From a bacterium (GTDB lineage Bacteria; UBP15; UBA6099; JAJRTR01), in the NCBI GenBank assembly GCA_024278215.1, contig JAJRTR010000202.1:1-49604 (forward strand): DNA of 49,604 bases. The letters run 5' to 3'. Within the stretch, counting starts at the first letter, position 1. Every line of letters begins with the position of its first letter. A program made the position numbers and the translations under genes. The notes under the pieces were generated by a model. It did no database searches. It worked only from the letters and a program-made list of their open reading frames with translations, and was not told the DNA's origin. Of the stretch, positions 16,295 to 26,700 are shown one piece after another.

Positions 16295-17080
16295 ATGGCT
16301 GAGGCGAAAAGGACATGCAGGTATTGCGGGCGTGAGGTCGGCGTGACGGAGTGGCAGTGTCCGGCATGCGGCAAAGCGCTTGTCGCCCAGCTTCATATAA
16401 ACAAAGAAAAACCCGCAAAACCCACGCAAAACACAAGCGGTCCGGGGCTCATTGTTGTCGGTCTGCTTATCGCCATCTTTGTTTTTCTCGCGTATCAGTC
16501 GTGGGTATACCCGAATATGATGGTAGATGTGGAAGTCGGCGAGGTGGAGGTGTGCGTGGGCACCGGAGAGAGACGAGTCAAATACATCGAACGCAAGAAG
16601 GTCAGGAGAAAAGAAGCGCAACTACCCAGGAATAGTGTTCGTGAGTTATACATAAACTGCGAATCCGGCAGTAAGGTCGCCTCAGTATCTTCAGACGCAC
16701 TCGCGGAAGTATCCGACATAAGTGACGCCGCTCGACAAAGAACATCGGCAACCGAACAAGATGATCTCGCAGCTACTCCGGATCGAGGCGGCGAACGCCC
16801 CCCTGCCGCCGCCGCTGACCTGCCATACGAACCTCTCGACTTGAACATGACCAACGAAGCTGTTGTTTCCGCCTGGGGCGCTCCCCTGAAGGTCGAGTAC
16901 ATGGTGAAGGGGTCAGTCGAGGTCGAGCGATGGTATTACGGCGACCCGCTGTACGGGCTCCTTATTTTCGAGCGCTACGTGGACTTTAAAAACGGGCGTG
17001 TCATCGGCTTCCACACAGACACCGAACTTACTAATCTCTATGAACAGGTCCTGGCCGAGCGCCGCGAAGGCGTTTTCTGA
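16295..17080 (+). CDS. Zinc-ribbon, single-TM protein with C-terminal SmpA/BamE-like domain
   Basis: CRYCG...CPACG, a hydrophobic segment, then LNMTNEAVVSAWGAP...ERWYY...YVDFKNGRV. Confidence 0.75.
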   Translation: MAEAKRTCRYCGREVGVTEWQCPACGKALVAQLHINKEKPAKPTQNTSGPGLIVVGLLIAIFVFLAYQSWVYPNMMVDVEVGEVEVCVGTGERRVKYIERKKVRRKEAQLPRNSVRELYINCESGSKVASVSSDALAEVSDISDAARQRTSATEQDDLAATPDRGGERPPAAAADLPYEPLDLNMTNEAVVSAWGAPLKVEYMVKGSVEVERWYYGDPLYGLLIFERYVDFKNGRVIGFHTDTELTNLYEQVLAERREGVF

Positions 17081-17202
17081 TTTTTTCAGTTCCGTTTACA
17101 TCATAGCAACCACACAGTAATAATCTGAACTTGTGCGTTTTTATAAAAGGCAGTGCCATGTCAACAAAGAAAAGATGTAAGGTGGGGTAGTGTGAAAAGT
17201 AT

Positions 17203-17303
17203 AAAAGTGTGGTGCGGGGACACCGTACCCCGCCTCAACTTGTGCCTGTAATAACCGTTTTCGCGAGAAATATATTCAGGCGGTGTACGGTGCCCCCGCC
17301 CTT
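17203..17303. repeat. REP/MITE-like intergenic repeat, copy 3 (inverted pair of GC palindromes)
   Basis: GCGGGGACACCGTACCCCGCC and its inverted partner GGCGGTGTACGGTGCCCCCGCC, between convergent genes. Confidence 0.7.
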
Positions 17304-17449
17304 GTCTACACCTTCCAGCGACATTACAAGCCTGACCTGGCAGTAGTAGAATTCACTGGGAACACGATCCGGAATTAAAGGTCAAATTTCAGTCATGTTC
17401 CCAAAATTCTCACAATATATTGAAAAATGCACAGGTGTAGTAATAATAA

Positions 17450-18292
17450 TCAAACAACCATATTTTCGAGTCGTGCGATGCGCTCGGCGGTGGGCGGATG
17501 TGTCGAAAAAAGGCCTGTTATGCCGCCGCTCTTGAACGGGTTAACGATAAAAAGGTGAGCTGTGGCAATGTTCCCACCTGCTACAGGGTGTCGATGTGCG
17601 ACCATGTCGAGTTTGCGAAGCGCACGTGCGAGTCCATCCGGATTTTTCGTAAGTTTCGCGGATGTAGCATCCGCCCGGAACTCGGCGGCCCTCGATATTG
17701 CCATCTGGATCATCATGGCGCAGATGGGCGAAAGTATGGCCAAGAAAAGAAGTTCCAGGATATTGTTGTTTCGCCCACCCCTGCCGAACCCGCCGAAAAT
17801 CGCCGCCCAGCGCGCCCAGGTTGCAAGCATCATTATAGCGCCCGCCATCGCCGCCGCGAGACAGGAGATCAGTGTGTCGCGCCCCACGATGTGTCCCATC
17901 TCATGGGCCAGCACACCTTCGATCTCTTTCTCATCCAGCATCTCCAGCAATCCCCGCGTCACGGCAACCACTGCATGATTCGGATCACGTCCCGTTGCGA
18001 ATGCATTCGGCACAGGCATCGGCACAAGATACAGTCTCGGCTTCGGGATGCCCGCCGCCGCTGATATTTTCCGCACCAGCCTGTGTACCTGCGGTGCCTG
18101 GTCTTGAGTCAGCTCCTGCGCCTTATACATCGAAAGCACTATGCTGTCACTGAACCAGTACATTCCGACATTCATAACAAGCGCAATCGCAAACGCCATT
18201 ATCACACCCGATTGACCACCGATCACCGCGCCGACCAGCATGAAGAAACCGAACATGACTCCCATAAGAAATGTTATTTTTAAAGAACTCAT
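17450..18292 (-). CDS. htpX: Zinc metalloprotease HtpX (M48)
   Basis: PNAFATGRDP, GVLAHEMGH, AISRAAEFRAD, FSTHPP. AGGAGG RBS. Confidence 0.97.
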   Translation of the reverse strand: MSSLKITFLMGVMFGFFMLVGAVIGGQSGVIMAFAIALVMNVGMYWFSDSIVLSMYKAQELTQDQAPQVHRLVRKISAAAGIPKPRLYLVPMPVPNAFATGRDPNHAVVAVTRGLLEMLDEKEIEGVLAHEMGHIVGRDTLISCLAAAMAGAIMMLATWARWAAIFGGFGRGGRNNNILELLFLAILSPICAMMIQMAISRAAEFRADATSAKLTKNPDGLARALRKLDMVAHRHPVAGGNIATAHLFIVNPFKSGGITGLFSTHPPTAERIARLENMVV

Positions 18293-18350
18293 TGTTTGAA
18301 CCCTCCTGTTACAATCATATTGTCATGCTGTCTTATAACGAAACCCTCGG

Positions 18351-18378
18351 ACGAACATAATTTTGCAATTGGCTCTTA
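18351..18378 (-). repeat. 28-bp dispersed repeat, copy 1
   Basis: Reverse complement TAAGAGCCAATTGCAAAATTATGTTCGT matches 33330-33357 at 27/28. Confidence 0.75.
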
Positions 18379-18467
18379 TTATTATAGTCAACCGACCTGA
18401 AAATTACTCGTCGTCGTGCTGATGTCGAAAACTCCGGAGAATCAAAGGAAAGACGTAAAAAGTAGTT

Positions 18468-19379
18468 TTATTTCTGCTCGGGGGCCGGCACATCGCGGTA
18501 ATGATCGTAGTCCGCATAGTACCTCATTATATGTTGCCTGTTGCTGTTCGATGTGTTTTTTATTTCGACAAGGAGAAGTTTTTCATCCCACGCGGCGCGG
18601 ACAACGCTTGCCCCACAATCGATTTCCGCCGGAGCGACATCTGCGCTATTTCCAAACAATCTTACAACAGTACCTTCCCATTCAAGTTTTCCGCCGACAT
18701 ACATGTCAGGGAAACCGACATCCGCGTTCTTTTTACCTGTCGTATTATTCTTTATGGTGTTGATTCCGGCGCGTTGTGTCGTGGACCTCGCGGTTGATTT
18801 TGTCTCGCAGGTATGACGGCATTTTTCGTAGCCTTTGGCTGTATCGTTTCCCGTATCGGCGACACATCTCCTGACACATTTCATAAGGTCGTTTCCGTTT
18901 TTATCAAACGCACTGATATTATCCGGTCCACTTTTGAAAATCACAGGTTTCAAAAGCAGCGATGCAATGACAAGCACGGCGACAACAGATGCTGCAATCA
19001 GGGATATTCTGTTGCCGCCGGGTTTCTTCAGTTTGACGATATCGTGCGATGAGCCGAAACCGTCTGACAGAGACACCTGCGGCCTCTTTTTACAGTCGAC
19101 CTGTATCGTTGTTGCCGCTTCGACATCTTGCCTGTCCGCCGCTGCCGGACTGCTATGAACCGGTTTCCCGACGGGGAGCGCCGGTGCATCCGTAATCTCA
19201 ACCGAGACTATCCAGCCGAGTTCACCCACCGATCCAATCGGCATCCAGTTGTCCATGCCTTCGCGCCACACGTATGTTGCTTCGGTCACCCTGCCCTGCA
19301 TACGCAGTTCCTTGACCTCCGGCACAGACAGGGGGCCGGACTGCTCACCATCTGTTGCGACGAACCAGATTTTTATCAT
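18468..19379 (-). CDS. GYF_2 (DUF4339) domain single-pass membrane protein
   Basis: WFVATDGEQSGPLS..L...G.VTEATYVWREGMDNWMPI is the GYF_2 signature. A TM follows, then a CxxxC...CxxxC extracytoplasmic region. Confidence 0.85.
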   Translation of the reverse strand: MIKIWFVATDGEQSGPLSVPEVKELRMQGRVTEATYVWREGMDNWMPIGSVGELGWIVSVEITDAPALPVGKPVHSSPAAADRQDVEAATTIQVDCKKRPQVSLSDGFGSSHDIVKLKKPGGNRISLIAASVVAVLVIASLLLKPVIFKSGPDNISAFDKNGNDLMKCVRRCVADTGNDTAKGYEKCRHTCETKSTARSTTQRAGINTIKNNTTGKKNADVGFPDMYVGGKLEWEGTVVRLFGNSADVAPAEIDCGASVVRAAWDEKLLLVEIKNTSNSNRQHIMRYYADYDHYRDVPAPEQK

Positions 19380-19428
19380 TCGGTTTTTCTCCCGGCCTGC
19401 TTTCCGCTATAAGCGCGGTTTGTTCTCT

Positions 19429-19619
19429 AACCCGGCAAAGCCGGAACCAAACAGGCCGCATTTTCGTGCCCAAACAAATGCGGTTTGACCGCGGCACACA
19501 GAGTTTCATCGTTCCCAAGGTCTACATTTAAAACGACTGTAACTGGAAGCTCCAGCTTTCACCGATCTCTTTTCAGCATTTCTTTACCATCCGGCGTAAC
19601 ATTTCAGCCGTAAGATACT
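19429..19619 (-). repeat. Copy B of the structured leader element, ending 50 nt upstream of the GYF_2 gene
   Basis: Roughly 90% identical by eye to 1-193. Confidence 0.9.
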
Positions 19620-19660
19620 TTTATGATAGCCATCGTATAAATATAAAAACGTGTAACACT

Positions 19661-21325
19661 TTATTTCTTTTTGTGGAACCTGCTTTCGATAGGCCGCCGG
19701 AGTATTTTCAAGTAATTGCGCACTTCAACGACGATGTTGCGCTGTTTTCTTGATGGAGAATTGACAGACGCGACAAATTTCTCGAAAAGCATATCCATCT
19801 TTTCAATGTCGGCTTCCCGCTCCTTTATTATCGAGTGAAACTCTTCTGTGCGAACTTCGAGTTTTCGCTTCTCCTCGGTCAACTCGCTGTTTACTGAAGT
19901 GAGTATTTCGTTGAGAGCGGCCGTATCGCCGAGTTTGACAGCTTTTCGGTCTGTATCCAGCAACCGCCTTTTTTCACGCGCAATAATAAGATTGGCCGCC
20001 ACCAGAACAACAAGAAGAAACAGTGCCGAGAATGAATACTTCGCAGCCAGCCCCGCGAGGAAAGGTGTACTCTTTATCTCGAACGCCGCTCCCACAGACC
20101 ATACACGGCCACCGAATTCTATCGGCGCGTAAGCCAGCATCCATTTTGTGTCTATCGAACCGGTTTTCGTGTCGGGCGAATAATAAACACCGTCTCCGAT
20201 TTCGCCTTTCTTCATCTTTTGTATAAGTTTATCAAAATCCACATAATGTGACAGGCTGAAAGCTGCTGTTGAATCCGCGCCGATAAAGTTGGGGTCGGGA
20301 TGTGAAAGAAGCAACCCGTTATCCGACAACATGAATAACAGAGAATCATACCCTTTTCGGTCCGGCATCTGCGCGGCTTGTCCGAATTCCCGAAGGTCTG
20401 TCAGCGCTACAAGAAAACCGTTTTCGACAATTGATTCTCTCTTTATCACCACTCGGTCAGGTGGTGCAGCCGGTTCGGAATCAGCCGCATCGGTTTCATT
20501 ATTGGTATTTTCAGCAGGATGCGCATCTACGCAGGCGATGTCCGTGCCTTTTCCAGCGACCGTCGCTTTGCCCGGTATTGTCTTCTCTTCGCCGCCTGAT
20601 TCTTTTTTACTTTTATTGTCAGGCGCAGCCGCTGCCGTTTTGCTTTTATCTCCAGGAACATCCTGTTTGCCGCCGTCACCCTTATTGATTTCGTCGTTGA
20701 CGACAGCATCGGATTCTTTTTTACCCTCATCATTATTCGTGGAAAGCGCGGGAGGCGGACGGGTGACCACGACTTTTTTCCCGACCACTCTCTTAAATGT
20801 CACAGGCACTGCAATGAAGGAATATGCGAAATCGGGTGAATCCTGATCGGGGCCGGGAATAGAGAACACCTGCGACATATCTGCCTGCTCGTGTAGTTCG
20901 CCGCGTGTAGAGTTAATAAACTCCCATAGTTTCGCCGCCGGCCAGTCTTGGGGCAGACCGGGATGAGCTTCAGCCATGGGCGGCCCGCTTTCGCCGAAAA
21001 GAACAAGTCCTTTTATGTTGCTTTTTGAAAGGGCGGCAAGCCTGTCGCTCAGCATGGTCGCCAGTTCATCCTCCGACATTCCTTCTTCCATCATGATTGA
21101 AGATGCGATGCGGTCCATCCTTGCTGCAGTTTCCGCAAGTTTCTTGTCACACATCGCAGCCACACGCAACACAAGCTCTTCCTGGTGCGAAAGGTACATG
21201 TCGATTATGTGGCCCCTGTGCATCTCGTAGAGATAACGTGTCCAAACGGCAGCAAGGATGAAGACAGCAAGTGAAGCCGCGGCAAGGATGAAAGTTGTTT
21301 TCCGAAGATTCGTTTTACTGACCAT
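19661..21325 (-). CDS. Two-TM Cache-domain sensor-like protein with no recognisable output domain
   Basis: TM1, then Cache motifs (FMLSDNGLLLSHPDPNFIG, KMKKGEIGDGVY, MLAYAPI..WSVG), TM2 and a short coiled coil. Overlaps the cca stop. Confidence 0.75.
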   Translation of the reverse strand: MVSKTNLRKTTFILAAASLAVFILAAVWTRYLYEMHRGHIIDMYLSHQEELVLRVAAMCDKKLAETAARMDRIASSIMMEEGMSEDELATMLSDRLAALSKSNIKGLVLFGESGPPMAEAHPGLPQDWPAAKLWEFINSTRGELHEQADMSQVFSIPGPDQDSPDFAYSFIAVPVTFKRVVGKKVVVTRPPPALSTNNDEGKKESDAVVNDEINKGDGGKQDVPGDKSKTAAAAPDNKSKKESGGEEKTIPGKATVAGKGTDIACVDAHPAENTNNETDAADSEPAAPPDRVVIKRESIVENGFLVALTDLREFGQAAQMPDRKGYDSLLFMLSDNGLLLSHPDPNFIGADSTAAFSLSHYVDFDKLIQKMKKGEIGDGVYYSPDTKTGSIDTKWMLAYAPIEFGGRVWSVGAAFEIKSTPFLAGLAAKYSFSALFLLVVLVAANLIIAREKRRLLDTDRKAVKLGDTAALNEILTSVNSELTEEKRKLEVRTEEFHSIIKEREADIEKMDMLFEKFVASVNSPSRKQRNIVVEVRNYLKILRRPIESRFHKKK

Positions 21326-22724
21326 TTATGTTCCACTCGCGATCAAGAATAACGCGGCGCGCGGTGTCTGCGTCGCCGGATTCGAGTTCGCCTGATATTA
21401 TCATGTCTTTGAGAAAATTTGTCACGTGTCCCACAACCGGTCCGGGAGTCACGCCAAGCAACTGCATGATCTCATATCCGTCCAGAGGCGGCCTGGGGTT
21501 CAACACGACTTCACGCTCGATGCCGTCCACACGCTCGAGAAACCTGTCGACCGATGCGAGCCGTTCGGCTACTTTCAGGCGGTCCGAACTGGTGATGTCC
21601 GCACGCGCAAGCGCGATAAGTTCATCGAAATAGCGGCCCATATCGTGGACAGCGCGCCGCACCGCCGAGTCGGTCCATTCGTTGCTGTATTCAGCTACCC
21701 TCGAGTGTTTTGCAATCACGGAGACAATGTGATCGCGGTCGACATTGCTCCAGCGCATTCGTTCGCAGACAACACGGGCCTGCTCCGCACCCTTCTTCTC
21801 ATGGCCGTGGAAGGAATATTCGCCGTTTTCGAGCCTGCGGGTTTCAACCTTACCGATGTCATGCAGCAGAGCGGCGAAACGGAAAGCTGCGTCGCGCGGG
21901 CCGGTGGCGGCGGCTGTATCAAGAACTTTTAATGTGTGCTCGAATACATCTTTATGGTGTGTTCCCGGCTCCGGCGTCATCTCCGCAAGAGCATCCACTT
22001 CGGGCAGCCATACTTTCAACAGTTCCCAGTCTCTCATCAATGCAAAATAACGCGAAGGCGCATCGTCCAGCAGCATCTTCTCGACTTCTTCGCGCACACG
22101 CTCGACGGCAACACGGTCGAGCCAGTCGGTTTCATTCACTGTCTGGCGTACAGCCGCCACGAGCCCGGCGTCAGGATCGAGACCGAAACTTACGCAAAAC
22201 CGCACAGCCCGCAACGGTCTCAGCGGATCATCCCGAAAGGTGGACATCGGATCAGCAGGTGTGCGCAGAACACCATTCTCGAGGTCATCCGCCCCGCCGA
22301 ACGGGTCAAAAACAGTTCCCGAATCATCCGGCGACAGAGAGACAGCTAAAGCATTAATGGTAAAATCCCTGCTTCCGAGGTCTTCGTCCAGTGTGGGGCA
22401 GCCCCGCGTATTCTCCATGAAAATTGCTCTTCGAAAGGGGGTTATTTCAATTTCAACGTCATTACTAAGCAATATACCCTGTGTTTCGTAGCCTTTTGCT
22501 CTTGATTTGTCAAAAACCGCCTTCGAAACTGATCGAATAATATTGCGAATCTCGCTTGCAGCAGCAGATGTGGTGAAATCGAAATCCGAGGGGCTGCGAC
22601 CCGTGAGAATATCCCTCACAGCGCCGCCGACAAGATAAATATCTTTCCCGGCATCGGCAAAAAGGCGACCGATCTGAAAAATATTGTTTTCAATATAATG
22701 TTCTAATTCTATTTTTCTACTCAT
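21315..22724 (-). CDS. CCA tRNA nucleotidyltransferase / poly(A) polymerase family with HD domain
   Basis: YLVGGAVRD, DFDFTT, RDFTINALA, DDPLRPLRAVRF, HHKDVFEHT, AALLHDIGK. Confidence 0.92.
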   Translation of the reverse strand: MSRKIELEHYIENNIFQIGRLFADAGKDIYLVGGAVRDILTGRSPSDFDFTTSAAASEIRNIIRSVSKAVFDKSRAKGYETQGILLSNDVEIEITPFRRAIFMENTRGCPTLDEDLGSRDFTINALAVSLSPDDSGTVFDPFGGADDLENGVLRTPADPMSTFRDDPLRPLRAVRFCVSFGLDPDAGLVAAVRQTVNETDWLDRVAVERVREEVEKMLLDDAPSRYFALMRDWELLKVWLPEVDALAEMTPEPGTHHKDVFEHTLKVLDTAAATGPRDAAFRFAALLHDIGKVETRRLENGEYSFHGHEKKGAEQARVVCERMRWSNVDRDHIVSVIAKHSRVAEYSNEWTDSAVRRAVHDMGRYFDELIALARADITSSDRLKVAERLASVDRFLERVDGIEREVVLNPRPPLDGYEIMQLLGVTPGPVVGHVTNFLKDMIISGELESGDADTARRVILDREWNINGQ

Positions 22725-22890
22725 CTATTATATTGTCCGTGAACAAAACTGCCTGTTTCAGGGTACAGTCGACAGCAGCGGCAACAAAAACACCATACCT
22801 GTGCATTTTTGAAAATCGATGTATTTCACTTCCTTCAGCACAACAAGACTATTTTAGTCGTTGCCGGCCACATGCACAAGGAATCTTTTA

Positions 22891-22906
22891 TGCAAAGTTT
22901 GTGCCG
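22891..22906 (-). promoter_or_regulatory. Candidate sigma54 promoter toward the cca-Cache operon
   Basis: Minus strand CGGCAC-AAACT-TTGCA, with correct GG-N10-GC spacing. Confidence 0.45.
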
Positions 22907-22912
22907 GGTGCT

Positions 22913-22939
22913 TAAAGTTTTCCCGGCGAATGCCGATAA
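22913..22939 (+). promoter_or_regulatory. sigma28 (FliA/SigD) promoter
   Basis: TAAAGTTT-N11-GCCGATAA, the full consensus. Confidence 0.85.
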
Positions 22940-22977
22940 TAGTAATGAATTAAAACTTGGAAGGGGGATTGAAGACA

Positions 22978-23292
22978 ATGGAAATACCTTATGTACTAAA
23001 AGCATTTCTTCAAAAAACGGAAATCCCTGAACAAGTGCGTCCCGCCCGGTCGAAACAGGTTGCCGACGCTTATGCGTCTGGAACTGGAACTGTGCAAGAC
23101 AAAAGGGACGAAGTCAAGATATCCTCGGAATCCAGGCTCCTGCAGAAACTGCAAGTGGACTACAAAAAACTGGAAAGTGTAAAAAACAGCACATTCGAAA
23201 CCAGAGTTGACACGGAAAATCTATCGCTGAGTATGTCGGCGGAAGACATTGTGGAAGGAATCCTGAAAGGCACACTGTTCGAAGTTATTTAA
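22978..23292 (+). CDS. FlgM-like (anti-sigma28-like) small protein
   Basis: KRDEVKISSESRLL and SAEDIVEGIL resemble the FlgM DxVxIS and xxEKIAxxML motifs. ~104 aa, AAGGGGG RBS, sigma28 promoter directly upstream. Confidence 0.6.
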   Translation: MEIPYVLKAFLQKTEIPEQVRPARSKQVADAYASGTGTVQDKRDEVKISSESRLLQKLQVDYKKLESVKNSTFETRVDTENLSLSMSAEDIVEGILKGTLFEVI

Positions 23293-23726
23293 CCTGCATT
23301 GGTGAAATATGCTGTTGAACAGGGTTTATCACGAATAGAATTGCCCACCTGATTTCAGAGCAAAATATTTCTCTTTCCTTCAGAATCCCTATAAGATACA
23401 AGTGGTTTATAGGATTCATCATTTCGTTAATCAGGGCTATATATCATAAACTAACAGGCATAATAATCTCCGGTGTTTTCCGCATACTCCACTATTTTTC
23501 TGGCAATATCATTTACAATTGCAATTTACCCGCATATTGTGACCGCGCCCTTGTCTTCACTTTTTCTGTTCTTTCCACTAAATTATTTTCTTACGTCTTT
23601 TCATCGTTGACACGACAATGAAGTGTTCTTGCCTTTGTACATGATAATCGTAACTATACGTATGCAATTATAAATAATAAATGCTATATACTTACACGTA
23701 TGAAAATTTAATTCATTCACAAACAC

Positions 23727-23756
23727 AAAAAAGCCGGCTCGTGGCCGGCTTTTTTT
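23727..23756. terminator. Bidirectional intrinsic terminator
   Basis: AAAAAAGCCGGC-TCGTG-GCCGGCTTTTTTT, 25 nt downstream of the 1899-aa gene stop. Confidence 0.85.
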
Positions 23757-23781
23757 ATGTCAATGAAAAGTCACTCCGGGA

Positions 23782-26700
23782 TCATTGATCCGGTTCCGGC
23801 AGCGTATTCGCTGTAACACACACAAAGTTACTGATGTGTCCGTAATGATTGATGTAGAACGAGTTATCCACGGTCCTGATGCAGATTGCATATTCAGTGT
23901 CGGGCGAAAGGCCTGTCACATCCGCGCTGGTTGCGGAAGCGCCGTAAATGCCGGCAATATGTGTCGGCGGTGTCTGGTCGTCGGGCATCTGCGATTCGAC
24001 ATAGATAATATACTCGCCACCGGCGGGTGGAACTTCGGGATATGACAACGCCTGTCCGGATGAGGCCGGCGGGCAATTCACAGGTTGCGTCCACGACAGT
24101 GTTGCCGAATAGATATCCGGTGTAGCGGTGACATTCTGCGGGACCGGCGGGCGCTTGAAATATTTCCATGTATCGGAATATATCCATGTGAATCCGCAGT
24201 CTCCACTCGCGTCTGCGATGCTTGCTCCTACTCGCCAGTAGTAGACTACTCCGTTTGTCATCGGTATGTAATCCGTCGTATCTGCCTGGTAGCCGTTATA
24301 AAGTCCTGTTGAAGTTTTCAGGAACAATGATGGGTCGCTCGTGTCGGCGCTCATGATAAGGTTTCTGAAATCAGCCGTATCGGATACATCAATCTTGTAA
24401 CATGATAACCCGAAGGCATCCGGTATGGGACTCCAGTAGAAAGCCTGGTTGAGACAGTCCACGATTGTGCATTGTGTCTGTATGGTGTCTGGGTCGTTAT
24501 ATGGATCGCAAACATCGCTGTTGTCCGGTGGCGAAGCAAGCACAACAGGTGGTATAAGCACTGTGAACTGGTTTATGGACGACCACGGGCCGGGGTATCC
24601 GGTTCCGGACTGTGTGCTTTCGCCCGAGGCGTCTCTTGCTCTGACACGCCATGTGAAGACATCGCCGTTGACAACGGACGGTGTGGACATATCACAGAAT
24701 GTATAATTCGTCGGTGTGAAAGGCGGATCGGGCGGGTTGCCGGGGTCGTAGGTAAACTGCGGTGTGCAGAGGAACGGCAGGCCATTCTTGAGAATTTCAA
24801 CATCGTAACTTTCTGCACCGATTATGCCCGGTATTTCCCTGACAACATCATTCTGATCGGTATATGTGCCGCCGTTCCAGTCAAAGTGCAGACATAGCGT
24901 CGAGGACTGGCTATCGCAATTGGTAACGAGCAACACCTGCTGGCCGTCGAGCGGTGAGATCAGGTCGGGTGCCGGAAGCCCTGTAATAAATGTTTTCGCA
25001 TTATCCGCATCATAGGGAGATTCTCCGGCTGTAATGTTCCATCTGAATTTGCGACCGGCTGAGAACGGTATCACGTCGCTGCTGCCGAAACCGCAGTTTG
25101 CATTCACATCGAACTGGCCGGCGGACATCTCGCCTTCATATATCACGACGATATTCGGGTCGTCCGGGTTGGATGCGTCGTCGGACGCCTCTATGTCCTC
25201 TATCCTTATCGAATAAGAGTCTGCTCCTATATCGCTCCACCTGAATGTTATCGCGTAGTTGTATGTCGGATTTCCGTAGAAGTCCTGTGTCAGCGCACAT
25301 GACACGTCAGGTCCTATAATCTGGCCGTCCGCGGGGATAATCAGTTGCGGCGCTTCTCCGAATACTTTATAGAATAATTCGCGGTTGACATTTTCCCAGC
25401 TTCCGGATGTCGCTCCGTTTGAATCATAAGCACGGATTTCCCAGTAATATGAGCCGTCGATGGAGCATGTCGCGTCGTTTGAAATGTCACACCTGTCCAG
25501 ATCGGATGAATTATAGGAATAGGAAGTTGTTGTTCCCCCTGTGACATCGGTCTGGAAAACAATAGGCAGTGAACGGCAGTCTGTGCCGCTGCCGACCCGT
25601 TTGCATATCCTCAGCGTATAACCCGCCGCGCCCGGTGTTTCCGTCCACTGGAATAAAATAGTGTCCGTGACAATCTGTTCGGGTGGCGGACTTTTCGGAC
25701 TGACAGTCAGCGGCGGCTTGAGGTTTTTGTAGAACTGTGACGGGTTGGAACACTGCGGAATCGTGTAACGATCATTCATCGAGCACACTCTCCACTGGTA
25801 CTGGGTTCCCGAAATATCCGGGTCCGATGGATTCACCAGCGGGCTTTCCGCGGTACCGTCCTGGTTGAATGTCACCGTGTAGACTCCGCTGCCGGATGTC
25901 GAGAGAGAATATGACCACAGCAGGTCGGTCGAATTACTGAATGTGTTCGGTTTTTTCACCATCTGCACGAGATATTGCGTGGCGCCGTCTTCCCGAAGGA
26001 ATGTGAGTTCCGGCTCGGGAACATATATCACCTGGTCATAAACGGGGGTGATGAGGGTCGGCCCCTTGAGCAGCAGAACAACTTCCAGGGTATCCGACTT
26101 GTCGCTCACCCTGTCTTCAGAAGTGGAACTGTTCGGGTCGCCCTTGTCCACCGCCTGTATATTGTAGTAATATGTGCTGCCGCGTTCGAGATTGGTGTCT
26201 TCGAAACAGACGACTTTTGTCTTTGTGCCGCAGGCCACATTGTCCGCTGTAGATACGAATGAGCTGCATATTCCGGACGTATCCTGACAGCGGTAAATGC
26301 GGTACTCATCGACATTATCCGCCGTGGGTTTTTCCCAGTAAAGTGTAATCGAGTTGTTCGAAGTGCCGGTTTCATAGGGGTCGGATTGCTGCCCGGAACA
26401 ATATGTACCGCCGCAGAAATAAGGTTTGTCCGGCCTGTTAGTAGCCTCGACTTTTGTGAATCTGTACGTCTGGCTGTCCTCGGATTGCTTGAGGTCGTTG
26501 AACGCCTTGACCGTCCACCTGTAGCTCTTGCCTTCCTCCAGAGCCGGCGCGGATGAAGTGTCATATTGCTTCGACGTGCCGCTTATTGTCGGCTGCCAGA
26601 TTATTATATCCTGTGCGTCGTCATACAATGAAAGTATATACTGCACACTCGGCCCGTTTATCGGGAACCACTGGAACAGCGGTTCCTTTTCCGAAACATT

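Noticed and set aside
19576-19592. sigma54 promoter inside leader copies A and B (TGG...TGCT)
   Set aside because: GG-to-GC spacing is 11 in copy A and 9 in copy B, not the required 10.
19425-19619. Leader element as an integron attC site or CRISPR repeat
   Set aside because: CTCTAAC occurs at one end but there is no matching GTTRRRY partner with end-to-end symmetry, no integrase or cas genes, and no regular spacing.
23293-23726. oriC or dif site in the AT-rich gap
   Set aside because: No TTATCCACA cluster and no XerC/D dif consensus seen.
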